Shown: in pieces, positions 55,503-64,000 of the stretch
How positions within the stretch are numbered: position 1 is the first letter of the stretch
How the letters are laid out: each line of letters begins with the position of its first letter
Assembly: GCA_004366205.1 (NCBI GenBank)
Contig: SIRW01000094.1
Span: 492-64,491 of the forward strand
Length of the DNA stretch: 64,000 nucleotides
Direction of reading: 5' to 3'
Source: Actinomycetota bacterium
GTDB taxonomy: Bacteria; Actinomycetota; Acidimicrobiia; Acidimicrobiales; CADCSY01
Program-made: the position numbers and the translations under genes
Notes under the pieces: model-generated
What the model saw: the letters and a program-made list of their open reading frames with translations, nothing else
The model's database searches: none
What the model was told of the DNA's origin: nothing

Positions 55503-57172
55503 ATGGCGAAGGGCCGGGACGTCCTGCTCGAGGTGCTCCGCACGGAGGGCGTGCGCCACGTGTTCGGCAACCCCGGCACCACTGAGCTGCCGCTCATCGA
55601 CGCCCTGGCCGGGGTCGACGACATCCGCTACGTGCTCGCCCTGCAGAAAGCGACGGCGGTGGCCAGGAGGCGACGGCGGTGGCCATGGCCGACGGCTACG
55701 CCCAGGCCACGGGCCGGCCCGCCGTGCTCAACCTGCACACCTCGGCGGGCCTCGGCAACGCCATCGGCAACCTCACCAACGCCCGGGCCAACGGCACACC
55801 TTTGGTCGTCACCGCGGGCCAGCAGGACCGCCGCCACCTCCACACCGACCCGCTGCTCGGCGGGGACCTGGTGGGTCTCGCCCGCCCGGTGTCGAAGTGG
55901 GCCCACGAGGTCCACCACCTCGAGGAGCTGGCCACCGTGACGCGCCGGGCGTTCCACGACGCCGCCTCGCCGCCCACGGGGCCCGTGTTCCTCTCGCTGC
56001 CGATGGACCTGCTGGACGAGGAGGGCGACGCGCCCCTGCCTGCGCCGTCGCGCATCGAGCGCGGCGCCGTCGCCGGCGGGCTCGACGAGCTCGTTCGGCT
56101 GCTGACCGGGTGCGCGCCCGGGGAGCTGGCCATCGTGGCCGGCGACGAGGTGAGCGCGTCCGGCGGGGTGGACGCCCTGGCCGCCCTGGCCGAGGCGCTC
56201 GGCTGCCCCGTGCACGGCTCGCCGCTGCACTCCACCACCGTGTTCCCACCCGAGCACCCGCTGTGGGCGGGACCGCTCGCCCCCGCCGCCGCCACGATCC
56301 GCGCCACGCTCGAGCGCTACCGCCGGGTGCTGCTCGTCGGCGGGCTGGCCTTCATGGTGTACCCCTACACCGAGGGGCCGGCTGTCCCCGAGGGCGTCGA
56401 GCTCCTGCACCTGTCCCCCGACCCCCACCAGCTCGGGCGCACCTGGCCCGTTCGGCTGGGCCTCGCCGGGGACCCCAGGGCGACGCTCGAGGCGCTCCTC
56501 CCCCTCGTCGTGTCCGCCGCCGACGCCGGAGCGGCCGCCGAGGCGCTCGCCGCCGCCCGCGCCCGCCGCGCGGACGAGCTCGCCCGGTTCGAGGAGACCG
56601 CGCTCGACCGCTACGACCGGGCGCCCATGGACCCGATGGCCGCCGCCCACGCCCTGGTGCGGGCCCTCCCGCCCGACACGGCGGTCGTCGACGAGGCCAT
56701 CACCACGGGCGTCTACGTGCGCGGGTTCCACCGACCCTCGGGGACCGGCCGGTACTTCTTCTGCCGGGGCGGAGGCCTGGGCTGGGGGATGCCCGCGGCG
56801 CTCGGTGTGTCGCTCGGGCACGACGCCGCGCCCGTGCTCTGCGTCGTGGGTGACGGCTCGGCCATGTACTCGCCGCAAGCGCTGTGGACCGCGGCGGCCG
56901 AGGACCTGCCGGTGGTGTTCGCCGTCGTCAACAACCGGCAGTACCTGATCCTGAAGAACGCCCTGCGGGGCCGGGCCGACGAGGCCGCCCGCCGCGAGCG
57001 GTTCATCGGCATGGACCTGGACGCGCCGCCGGTCGACTTCGTGGGCCTCGCCCGCTCCATGGGCGTCGAGGCCACCCTGGTCGAGAAGGCGGCCGATGTG
57101 GCCGACGCCGTGCGGGACGCGCTCGACGCCGGCGGACCGCACCTGCTCGAGCTGCCGATTGCCGCCCGCTGA
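55503..57172 (+). pseudogene. thiamine-diphosphate enzyme, benzoylformate decarboxylase/acetolactate synthase-like, frameshifted by a 20-nt direct repeat
   Basis: N-terminus MAKGRDVLLEVLRTEGVRHVFGNPGTTELPLIDALAGVDDIRYVLALQ is in the frame of ORF 55476-55940. The rest (ATAVAMADGYAQATGRPAV ... GDGSAMYSPQALWTAAAEDLPVVFAVVNNRQY) is in the frame of ORF 55679-57172. Removing 20 nt gives one 549-codon frame. Confidence 0.8.
55647..55686 (+). repeat. imperfect 20-nt tandem direct repeat (16-nt identical core GCGACGGCGGTGGCCA)
   Basis: aaaGCGACGGCGGTGGCCAg | gagGCGACGGCGGTGGCCAt, 17/20 identical. Lies exactly at the frame break of the ThDP enzyme. Confidence 0.9.
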
Positions 57173-57959
57173 CCTGCCGGTCCTCGCGCTCCGGGACGTC
57201 ACGGTCCGGCGCGCCGGCCGGCCGGTCCTCGACCGGGTCGACTGGGAGGTGCGACCCGGTGAGCGGTGGGTGGTCCTCGGTCCCAACGGCTCGGGCAAGA
57301 CCACGCTCCTCCACCTGGCCGCCGCCCTGGCCCACCCCTCAGCGGGCAGCGTGGACGTGCTCGGGCAGCGCCTGGGCCGGGTCGACGTGCGCACGCTGCG
57401 GCCGAGGGTCGGCCTCACCAGCGCCGCCCTCGCCGATGCGCTCCGGCCCGAGCTCACCGCCGTCGAGGCCGTCATGACCGCCCGGCACGGCGCCCTCGAG
57501 CCGTGGTGGCACACCTACTCCGAGGCCGACCGCGCCGCGGCGCTCGAACGCCTCGCGGGCGTCGGTGCCGGCGCTATCGGGGAGCGCCGGATCGGCACGC
57601 TGTCGAGCGGCGAGCGCCAGCGGGTGCTGCTGGCTCGCGCCCTCGCCGGCGGCGCCGAGCTGCTCCTGCTCGACGAACCCGCCGCCGGCCTCGACCTCGG
57701 CGGGCGCGAGGAGCTCGTCGACCGGCTCGCCCGGCTCGCGGCCGACACCACGGTGCCGCCGATCGTGTTCGTCACCCATCACGTCGAGGAGATCCCACCC
57801 GGCTTCGGTCACGTGCTGCTGTTGCGGGACGGCCGGGTGCACGCGGCCGGGCCGATCGGGGCCACGCTCACCGGCGGGTCCCTCAGCGCCTGCTTCGGCG
57901 TGCCGGTCCGCGTCGTGCGCGACGGGGCTCGCTGGGCGGCGCGCCACACCGGGGCCTGA
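57159..57959 (+). CDS. stand-alone ABC ATP-binding protein (no adjacent permease)
   Basis: GPNGSGKTTLL, LSSGERQRVLLARAL, LLLLDEP. The TTG at 57159 overlaps the end of the ThDP gene by 14 nt, so the start is uncertain. Confidence 0.8.
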   Translation: MPPADLPVLALRDVTVRRAGRPVLDRVDWEVRPGERWVVLGPNGSGKTTLLHLAAALAHPSAGSVDVLGQRLGRVDVRTLRPRVGLTSAALADALRPELTAVEAVMTARHGALEPWWHTYSEADRAAALERLAGVGAGAIGERRIGTLSSGERQRVLLARALAGGAELLLLDEPAAGLDLGGREELVDRLARLAADTTVPPIVFVTHHVEEIPPGFGHVLLLRDGRVHAAGPIGATLTGGSLSACFGVPVRVVRDGARWAARHTGA

Positions 57960-57975
57960 GCGGAGCCCGGCTGGC

Positions 57976-58419
57976 TCAGGTCCGGTCGAGGCAGGCGAGC
58001 AGCCGGGACCGGGAGGCTTCGATCTCGTCGCCCAGGATGCGGTCGAGCAGCGGTCCGAAGAGCCCGCCCCCGTAGTGGAGGTGGACCTCCAGGCGGCTGC
58101 CGCCGTCACGCTCGTGGACGTGCGCGGTCAGCACCCAGGGCGAGTGCTGCCGGCGGTCGAGCTCGCGCCGCTCGAAGCGCACCGTCCGGTCGGGCACGTG
58201 CTCGGTGCGGACCATCCGCAGCCGCTTGGACCGGGCGAAGGGACCGATCCGGCCCCGCAGGTCGACGTGCCAGGCAGGCCCGGCGTCACCCTCGGCTGGC
58301 GCTGCCGGCCGGGCCCGCTGCACGATGTCGAGCCACTCGACGTAGCGGGCGAGGTCGTCGACCCACGCGTACACCGCGGCGGGCGGGTGCGGCGCGTCGA
58401 GGACGGCGGTGCGGTCCAT
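57976..58419 (-). CDS. SRPBCC (START/polyketide-cyclase-like) family protein
   Basis: MDRTAVLDAPHPPAAVYAWVDDLARYVEWLDIV... from ATG 58419, 147 aa. Confidence 0.65.
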   Translation of the reverse strand: MDRTAVLDAPHPPAAVYAWVDDLARYVEWLDIVQRARPAAPAEGDAGPAWHVDLRGRIGPFARSKRLRMVRTEHVPDRTVRFERRELDRRQHSPWVLTAHVHERDGGSRLEVHLHYGGGLFGPLLDRILGDEIEASRSRLLACLDRT

Positions 58420-58421
58420 GG

Positions 58422-59720
58422 TCAGGTGGTCCGGGCCCGGGTCGCGTCGCTCACGACCCTGAGGAGCGGGTAGGGGTTGACGGCGCCCGAGCCCGGGGGG
58501 TGGATCTCGAAGTGCAGGTGCGGGGGCGTGCCCCGGGCGTTGCCGGTGTCGCCCACGTACCCGACGACCTGACCGGGCTCGACGACGAGGCCGTCGCGCA
58601 CGTCCTCGGCGTAGCCGATCAGGTGCGCGTAGTAGTAGCGGTTGCCGCTCACGCCCACGATCCACAGCTTGATGCCGCCGAGCACGTCGGTGCCCACCCG
58701 GGTGACCACGCCCCGCTCGACGGCGAGCAGCGGCGTGCCCGACGGGGCGAAGATGTCGGTGCCCTGGTGGAGGTGCTCGTACTCGGTGCCGGGCATGCGG
58801 GGGGCACCGAAGGTGTCCACGAAGCTGTAGGGCTCGGCGACGGGGAACACGAACCCGGTGACGGCGACGAGGCTGCCCGCCTCGAGCGACGCCACCCGGC
58901 CGAGGGCCCGCTCGGCTTCGGCGTGCGCCTCCTCGGCGGCGAGCCGGGCGTCGGCGGTCATCGCCTCCAGCCAGCGGATCTCGGCCAGGACGTGGCGGGC
59001 GTGCTCGGACACCGCCCGGCGGGCGGCCCGGTACTCGCTGACGCTGCGGTGGTCGGCGTCGAGCACGGTCTTCACCATCTCCACCCGGCGGAGGAAGTCG
59101 TTCACGTCCTGGGACTGCAGCACGGCGTCGAGCTCAGCCATCGGCCCCCGCATGTAGGCGGTTGCCGCCCGCTCCTTCATCATGCTCTGGGCGGACTCCA
59201 GGCGGGCCAGGGCGCGCCGCTCGGCGCCGCGCAGCTCCTCGAGCCGCTGCCGGGACCGGCCCAGGAGGACCTCGGAGCGCAGCAGGTGGTTGGCGGCGTC
59301 GAGGCGGGCCACCTCGGCGTCGGTGGCGAGCCGGCGCGCGGCCAGCATCTGGGCCGTGACCGCCTGGCGGATCGGTGCGACCAGCGCCTGGTCGGGCTCG
59401 TCCTGCAGGGGCGGGAGGTCGACCACCACGTCGTCGGGCGCCTCCTCGGTCGGGGCGTCGGCGTCGCCCAGGTCCTCGGGCGGCGGCACCGGGGGCGGCG
59501 GCGGAGGCGGCGGAGGCGGCGGCGGCTCGGCCTCTTCGCAGCCCTCCGGAAGCTCGACGGCCTGGTCGCCGGCGGGGCAGTCGACCCCGGCTGGCGGCGG
59601 CTCCCCGTGGCCACCCGGTGCCGGCTCGGCCGCCACCGGGCCGGCCAGCGCGACGAGCACGGCGACGAGCACCGCCGTCGTGGTGCGGGCCCGCGGAAGG
59701 GTGCTGCGTCGGAGTGGCAT
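58422..59720 (-). CDS. secreted M23 metallopeptidase with poly-proline tract and coiled coil (paralog of 38358-39377)
   Basis: MPLRRSTLPRARTTTAVLVAVLVALAGPVAA (ATG 59720; alternative ATG 59765), a P12-V-P3 tract, a coiled coil, then HLHQGTDI...PPHLHFEIH. Confidence 0.85.
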   Translation of the reverse strand: MPLRRSTLPRARTTTAVLVAVLVALAGPVAAEPAPGGHGEPPPAGVDCPAGDQAVELPEGCEEAEPPPPPPPPPPPPVPPPEDLGDADAPTEEAPDDVVVDLPPLQDEPDQALVAPIRQAVTAQMLAARRLATDAEVARLDAANHLLRSEVLLGRSRQRLEELRGAERRALARLESAQSMMKERAATAYMRGPMAELDAVLQSQDVNDFLRRVEMVKTVLDADHRSVSEYRAARRAVSEHARHVLAEIRWLEAMTADARLAAEEAHAEAERALGRVASLEAGSLVAVTGFVFPVAEPYSFVDTFGAPRMPGTEYEHLHQGTDIFAPSGTPLLAVERGVVTRVGTDVLGGIKLWIVGVSGNRYYYAHLIGYAEDVRDGLVVEPGQVVGYVGDTGNARGTPPHLHFEIHPPGSGAVNPYPLLRVVSDATRARTT

Positions 59721-59808
59721 CGGAACGTCCGCCGTCGGGGGTGCGCGGGGCGCGCCCGTTCTCATCGGCCCGCCGAGGGGACGGTTTAGCACGGCGGCGG
59801 GCGCGGGA

Positions 59809-60318
59809 TCAGGCTGGACGGCCGGCCACGTGGTACTCGGCGGGGGTCCCCTCGACCACCAGCACCCCCAGCGGCCGCATGCCGAGGCGCTGCAGGACGC
59901 GGCGCGACGCGTCGTTCGGGGCGTCGATGCCGCCGGCGATGTGGTCGAGGCCGGTGGACCACCCCTGTTCGAGCACCGCCCTGGCGGCCTCGGTGGCCAG
60001 GCCCGCCCCCCAGTGCTCGGGCTCGAGGCTGTAGAGGACCTCGACGAGCTCGTGGCCCGGCACCGTACGCAGCCCCGCGAACCCAACCGGCTGGCCGCTC
60101 TCGCGGCGCACCACCAGCCACAGCCCCCAGCCGTGCTCGGCGAAGTCGGCGTCGCTCTGGGCGATGGCACCCTCGACGGTGTCCTGCCCGACCGCCTCGC
60201 CGTCCCAGAGGTAGCGGCCCACCTCGGGACGGTTCCAGTGACGGTGCAGCCATGCCCCGTCAGCGCGGCCGACCGGCCGGAGCGTCAGGCGGTCGGTGTG
60301 CAGCGTCACCCGGCTCAC
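59809..60318 (-). CDS. GNAT family N-acetyltransferase (RimJ/RimL-like)
   Basis: VSRVTLHTDRLTLRPVGRADGAWLHRHWNRPEVGRYL... from GTG 60318. The upstream part of the track ORF is R/G/A-rich junk. Confidence 0.8.
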   Translation of the reverse strand: MSRVTLHTDRLTLRPVGRADGAWLHRHWNRPEVGRYLWDGEAVGQDTVEGAIAQSDADFAEHGWGLWLVVRRESGQPVGFAGLRTVPGHELVEVLYSLEPEHWGAGLATEAARAVLEQGWSTGLDHIAGGIDAPNDASRRVLQRLGMRPLGVLVVEGTPAEYHVAGRPA

Positions 60319-60401
60319 GCCCGGCACGGTACGGCACGGCGGCGCAGGAGGTGGCGGCGCTTCGCGCACCGGGCCGGGCAGCCGCGCGAAGGTGGAGCGC
60401 C

Positions 60402-61331
60402 ATGGACGACCACGCGACCGTGCGCGTCGGCCTGCGGGCGCCCGACCGCGCGTTCCACGGGCCGCTCGAGCAGCGCCGGGCCGCGCTCGACGCCGTCGCC
60501 GGCGCCGGTCTCGACCACCTCGTGGTGCACGACCACGTGTCGTTCCGGGTCGGCACCGGGTTCGACGGGCTCCTGCGGGCGACGGCGCTGGCGATGCTCC
60601 ACCCGACCCTGCCGGTCCGCATCGGTGTGTACCTGCTCGCCCTCCGCCACCCAATGCCCGTCGCCCGCCAGCTCGCCGAGCTGTCCGCGATGGCGCCGGG
60701 GCGGATCGTGTTCGGCGTCGGGATCGGCGGCGAGGACCGGCGCGAGGTCGAGAACTGCGGCGTCGACCCCGCCACCCGGGGGGCCCGCACGGACGAGGCG
60801 CTCGGCGTCGTGCGCCGGCTGCTCACCGGCGAGGCGGTGACCCACGAGGGACGCCACTTCCGCCTCGACGGGGCGAGCATCCGGCCCGCCCCGGACATGC
60901 CGCCGCCGATCGTGGTCGGCGGGCGCTCGAACGCCGCCCTCCGGCGCGCCGGCCGCCTGGGCGACGGGTGGGTCGGTTTGTGGACGTCCCCCCGCCGCTA
61001 CGCCGAGGCCGTCGAGCTCATCGCCGAGGAGGCCGCGGCCGGCGGACGCCGGAACGTGGCGTGGGACCACGCCATGCAGGTGTGGTGCGGGTTCGGCGAG
61101 ACCCCCGAAGCGGGCCGCAAGCACGTGGCCAGCGCCATGGAGGCGCTCTACCGGCTCCCGTTCGAGCCCTTCGAGCGGTACACGCCCTGTGGGACCCCGG
61201 AGGACGTGGCGGCGTTCCTGCAGCCCTACGTCGACGCCGGGTGCCGGCGGATCAGCCTGCTCGCGGAGGGCTCGTCCGACGAGGAGGTGACGCACGCCGC
61301 CGGCGAGGTGGCCCGCCTCCTCGCCGCCTGA
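60402..61331 (+). CDS. luciferase-like monooxygenase (LLM) family oxidoreductase, possibly F420-dependent
   Basis: MDDHATVRVGLRAP... from ATG 60402 (GGTGGAG upstream), 309 aa, TIM-barrel LLM-like sequence (IVFGVGIGG, VVGGRSNAALRRAGRLGDGW). Confidence 0.7.
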   Translation: MDDHATVRVGLRAPDRAFHGPLEQRRAALDAVAGAGLDHLVVHDHVSFRVGTGFDGLLRATALAMLHPTLPVRIGVYLLALRHPMPVARQLAELSAMAPGRIVFGVGIGGEDRREVENCGVDPATRGARTDEALGVVRRLLTGEAVTHEGRHFRLDGASIRPAPDMPPPIVVGGRSNAALRRAGRLGDGWVGLWTSPRRYAEAVELIAEEAAAGGRRNVAWDHAMQVWCGFGETPEAGRKHVASAMEALYRLPFEPFERYTPCGTPEDVAAFLQPYVDAGCRRISLLAEGSSDEEVTHAAGEVARLLAA

Positions 61332-61342
61332 GCGCCGGGCGG

Positions 61343-61843
61343 TCAGCCCAGCTCGTCGGCGACGACCTGCTGGAGGGCCGCGTCCTTGCCGGCGACCATG
61401 TCCTCGAGCTCCCGCTGGTGCTGCTCGACCCGGACCCGCAGCTCGGCGTCACCGGCGGCGAGGATGCGCACGGCGAGGAACCCGGCGTTGCGGGCACCGT
61501 CGACCGCCACGGTCGCCACGGGGACCCCGGCGGGCATCTGCACGATCGACAGCAGCGAGTCGAGGCCGTCCAGCCGGGCGAGCGCGACGGGGACCCCGAT
61601 GACCGGCAGCGGCGTGACCGACGCCAGCATCCCGGGCAGGTGGGCGGCGCCGCCAGCCCCGGCGATGAGCACCCGCAGGCCTCGCCCGGCCGCCTCCTTG
61701 CCGTAGCGCAGCATCCCCTCGGGGGTTCGGTGCGCCGACACCACGTGGACCTCGGTGGGCACGGAGAACTGGCGGAGCACCTCGACGGCCCCGCGCATGA
61801 CCGGCCAGTCCGAGTCGCTGCCCATCACCACGCCGACGGTCAT
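61343..61843 (-). CDS. purE: 5-(carboxyamino)imidazole ribonucleotide mutase
   Basis: [23 protein letters not shown]...[11 protein letters not shown], 166 aa. ATGA overlap with the purK stop. Confidence 0.95.
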   Translation of the reverse strand: MTVGVVMGSDSDWPVMRGAVEVLRQFSVPTEVHVVSAHRTPEGMLRYGKEAAGRGLRVLIAGAGGAAHLPGMLASVTPLPVIGVPVALARLDGLDSLLSIVQMPAGVPVATVAVDGARNAGFLAVRILAAGDAELRVRVEQHQRELEDMVAGKDAALQQVVADELG

Positions 61844-63133
61844 CCCGGCACCTCCCCCGTCAGGGCGGCCGCCGCGGCCCGGGCCCGGCGCCCGGCGTCG
61901 TCGAGGTCGGGGCCCAGGGCGGTCACGTGGCCGACCTTGCGCTCGCGCCGGGGACGCTTGCCGTAGACGTGGACGTGCGCTCCCGGCACGGCGAGGGCGC
62001 AGTCGACGAAGCGTGCCGGGTCGTGGTCGTCGTCGACCGCCACGACGTTCACCATCACCGCGGCGGGCGCACGCGGGTCGGTGGCGCCGAGCGGCCAGTC
62101 GAGGACCGCCCGCAGGTGGTTCTCGAACTGCGAGGTGGTGCACATCTCGATCGAGTGGTGACCGCTGTTGTGCGTGCGGCAGGCCAGCTCGTTGATCACG
62201 ATCCGGTCGTCGACGACGAAGAGCTCGACGGCCATGACGCCGGCGAGCTCGACCAGCTCGGCGATGCGCCCGGCGATGGCGGCCGCCTCGGCGGCCAGCT
62301 CGGGGGCCACCGGCGCGGGCACCAGCACCTCGCGGCACATGCCGTCGCGCTGGACGCTCTCCACCACCGGATAGGTCACGCGCTCCCCTGACGGGCGGCG
62401 GGCGACCATCACCGCCAGCTCCCGCTCGAGCGGGAGCCGGGGCTCGGCGAGCCAGCGCCCCGAGGCGCCCGCCAGGACCGCCTGGGCGGCGTCGGGCCCG
62501 TCGGCGAAGACCACGCCCCGCCCGTCGTAGCCACCGCTGGCGGCCTTGAGGACGAGCGGCCAGCCGTGCTCGGCGGCGAAGCCGTCCACGTCCTCGGGTG
62601 CCGCCACCTCGGCGAAGGGCGGCACGGGCAGGCCGGCGTCCCGCAGGGCTCGCCGCTGGGCGAGCTTGTCGGCGGCCAGCTCGAGGGCCCGGACCCCGGG
62701 GCGCACGACGACGCCCGCGTCGATGAGGGCCTGGGGCACCGAGGGGTCGGCGGGGTCGTGGTCGAAGGTCACCACGTCGACGTCGCCGGCCGCCTCGAGG
62801 ATCCCGTCGAGCCCGCCGTCCCAGGGGATCGCCCGGGCGATCTCCGAGCTCGAGTCGTCGGTCGGGCGGGCGAGCACGGTCGGCGGGGTCGTGGTCGAAG
62901 GTCACCACGTCGACGTCGCCGGCCGCCTCGAGGATCCCCTCGAGCCCGCCGTCCCAGGGGATCGCCCGGGCGATCTCCGAGCTCGAGTCGTCGGTCGGGC
63001 GGGCGAGCACCCGCAGCTCCACGCCCAGCGCCAGCGCCGGCGCCACGGTCATGCGGGCCAGCTGCCCGCCGCCGCACACGAGCACCCGCGGCGGCCGGTC
63101 CCGGGGCGCGGGCGTGGCGGCGGACGGGGTCAC
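61840..63133 (-). pseudogene. purK: 5-(carboxyamino)imidazole ribonucleotide synthase (PurK) interrupted by a 133-bp tandem duplication
   Basis: The N-terminus ([33 protein letters not shown]...FDHDPAD) starts at GTG 63133. The rest of PurK (ATP-grasp, 345 aa) is in another frame from 62877. The peptide [22 protein letters not shown](E/D)[20 protein letters not shown] is encoded twice. Deleting one copy gives a 386-aa PurK. Confidence 0.85.
62745..63010. repeat. 2 x 133-bp tandem direct duplication (62745-62877 and 62878-63010), one mismatch found by eye
   Basis: Aligned by eye base by base. The only difference I found is 62806 G versus 62939 C. 133 is not divisible by 3. Confidence 0.93.
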
Positions 63134-63168
63134 CCGCCCACTCTAGGGTCCACGGCGCACCGAGCCGG

Positions 63169-64000
63169 TCAGGCGCCGCCGGCCACCACCCGCCGGTAGA
63201 GATCGACGTGGCCGGCGACCATGCGGTCGACCGAGAAGCGCTCCTTGGCGGACCGCCGGCAGGCAGCCCGGTCGAGTCCCGGCGCCCGGCGCAGGGCGTC
63301 GACGAGGGCGTCCTCCCCGGACGCGAGGAACCCGGTCACGCCGTCCTCCACGATCTCGGGAGCGGCGCCGCAGGGGGTGGCCACCACCGGCGTGCCGGCG
63401 GCCAGCGCCTCGATCATCACCATCCCGAACGGCTCGGGCCAGGCGATCGGGTTGAGCAGGCAGGCGGCGCCGGCGAGCAGCTCGTGCTTGGCTGCGCCCC
63501 CGACCTCGCCCACGTACTCGACGGACCCGCCCAGCAGCGGTGCGACGGCCTGCTCGAAGTACGCGCGCTCGGCCGGTTCGCGCATCTTGGCGGCGATCCG
63601 CAGCGGCATGCCCGCGCGCTGAGCGACCCGGGCGGCCACGTGCACGCCCTTGTCCGGGCTCATGCGGCCGAGGAACAGCGCGTACCCGCCCTCGCCGGCG
63701 CCCGGCCGGTGCTCAGCCACGTCGATCCCGTGGTGGATGACGGCCGCCACGGGCACCGGCGCGGTGGAGGCCTGGTGGTGCGAGATGCAGATGAGCGGAA
63801 CCCGACCGGCGAGCGCTGCGTAGAAGGCGCTCAGGTCATCGTCGAAGGGTCCGTGGTTCGTGGTGACCACGGGCAGGTCGGGGAAGCGTGCGGCGTACAG
63901 CGGGCCGACGAGCGTGTGGTCGTGGACGACCTCGGCCCCCCACGCCCGTGCGGCGTCGTAGGCGCCGAGGACGTGGCGGATCTCGCCCAGCGCCGCGCCC
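63169..64000 (-). CDS. GT4-family glycosyltransferase, C-terminal ~275 aa (5' end lies right of the window)
   Basis: ...EPFGMVMIEALAAGTPVVATPCGAAPEIVEDGVTGFL (GT4 E-x7-E region). The frame stays open upstream of the track start to the window edge (GAEVVHDHTLVGPLYAARFPDLPVV). Confidence 0.8.
   Translation of the reverse strand, partial: GAALGEIRHVLGAYDAARAWGAEVVHDHTLVGPLYAARFPDLPVVTTNHGPFDDDLSAFYAALAGRVPLICISHHQASTAPVPVAAVIHHGIDVAEHRPGAGEGGYALFLGRMSPDKGVHVAARVAQRAGMPLRIAAKMREPAERAYFEQAVAPLLGGSVEYVGEVGGAAKHELLAGAACLLNPIAWPEPFGMVMIEALAAGTPVVATPCGAAPEIVEDGVTGFLASGEDALVDALRRAPGLDRAACRRSAKERFSVDRMVAGHVDLYRRVVAGGA

Noticed and set aside
57159-57959. Stand-alone ABC ATPase as part of a system with the neighbouring ThDP pseudogene or SRPBCC gene
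   Set aside because: There is no permease or recognisable partner, and the 14-nt overlap with the ThDP gene depends on an uncertain TTG start. Orphan ModF/YlmA-like ATPases are common.

Overview
Very GC-rich bacterial chromosome segment (by eye well above 65% G+C, third-codon positions almost all G/C; not computed). The gene content places it in Actinomycetota. The backbone is core housekeeping genes, in the same order I remember for M. tuberculosis Rv2554c-Rv2614c: ruvX-alaS, rarA, aspS-hisS, relA, yajC, ruvBAC, yebC, pdxT-pdxS, pimA-acyltransferase-pgsA1, HIT-thrS. After these come mshC (mycothiol), an F420 reductase, an InhA-type enoyl reductase and purE/purK. Lineage-specific blocks are inserted between backbone genes:
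- tgt-queA plus an ECF sigma factor with a long C-terminal extension and a small secreted Cys peptide.
- An ABC-2 exporter and bcp.
- DUF3048-htpX-lemA and a lysine-free acidic LPXTG surface protein.
- An EF-G2-like GTPase.
- Two coiled-coil M23 peptidase paralogs.
- A tandem CNNM/CorC pair.
- A Dpp/Opp-type importer without a binding protein.

Most unusual observations:
1. A HAAT(Liv)-type ABC operon at 39462-47745 (minus strand). One 1026-codon frame encodes an MFS transporter fold fused to both NBDs (LivF-like then LivG-like). LivH and LivM are fused. The binding protein is long, Cys-rich and membrane-anchored. A Tat-signal, C-terminally anchored acidic protein is start/stop-coupled at the operon end.
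2. Two frameshifting tandem duplications: 133 bp x2 inside purK, and an imperfect 20-nt repeat inside a benzoylformate-decarboxylase-like ThDP enzyme.
3. A 50-nt nested-hairpin repeat family in three copies, two of them abutting a 51-nt C/A-only tract whose complement has eight G-runs.
4. Three genes whose conserved N-termini lie upstream of any ATG/GTG/TTG, two of them with a well-spaced Shine-Dalgarno in front of ATC or CTG.

No rRNA, tRNA, CRISPR, IS element or prophage genes were recognised. Many very long ORFs in the track are antisense or out-of-frame GC artefacts and were not called.
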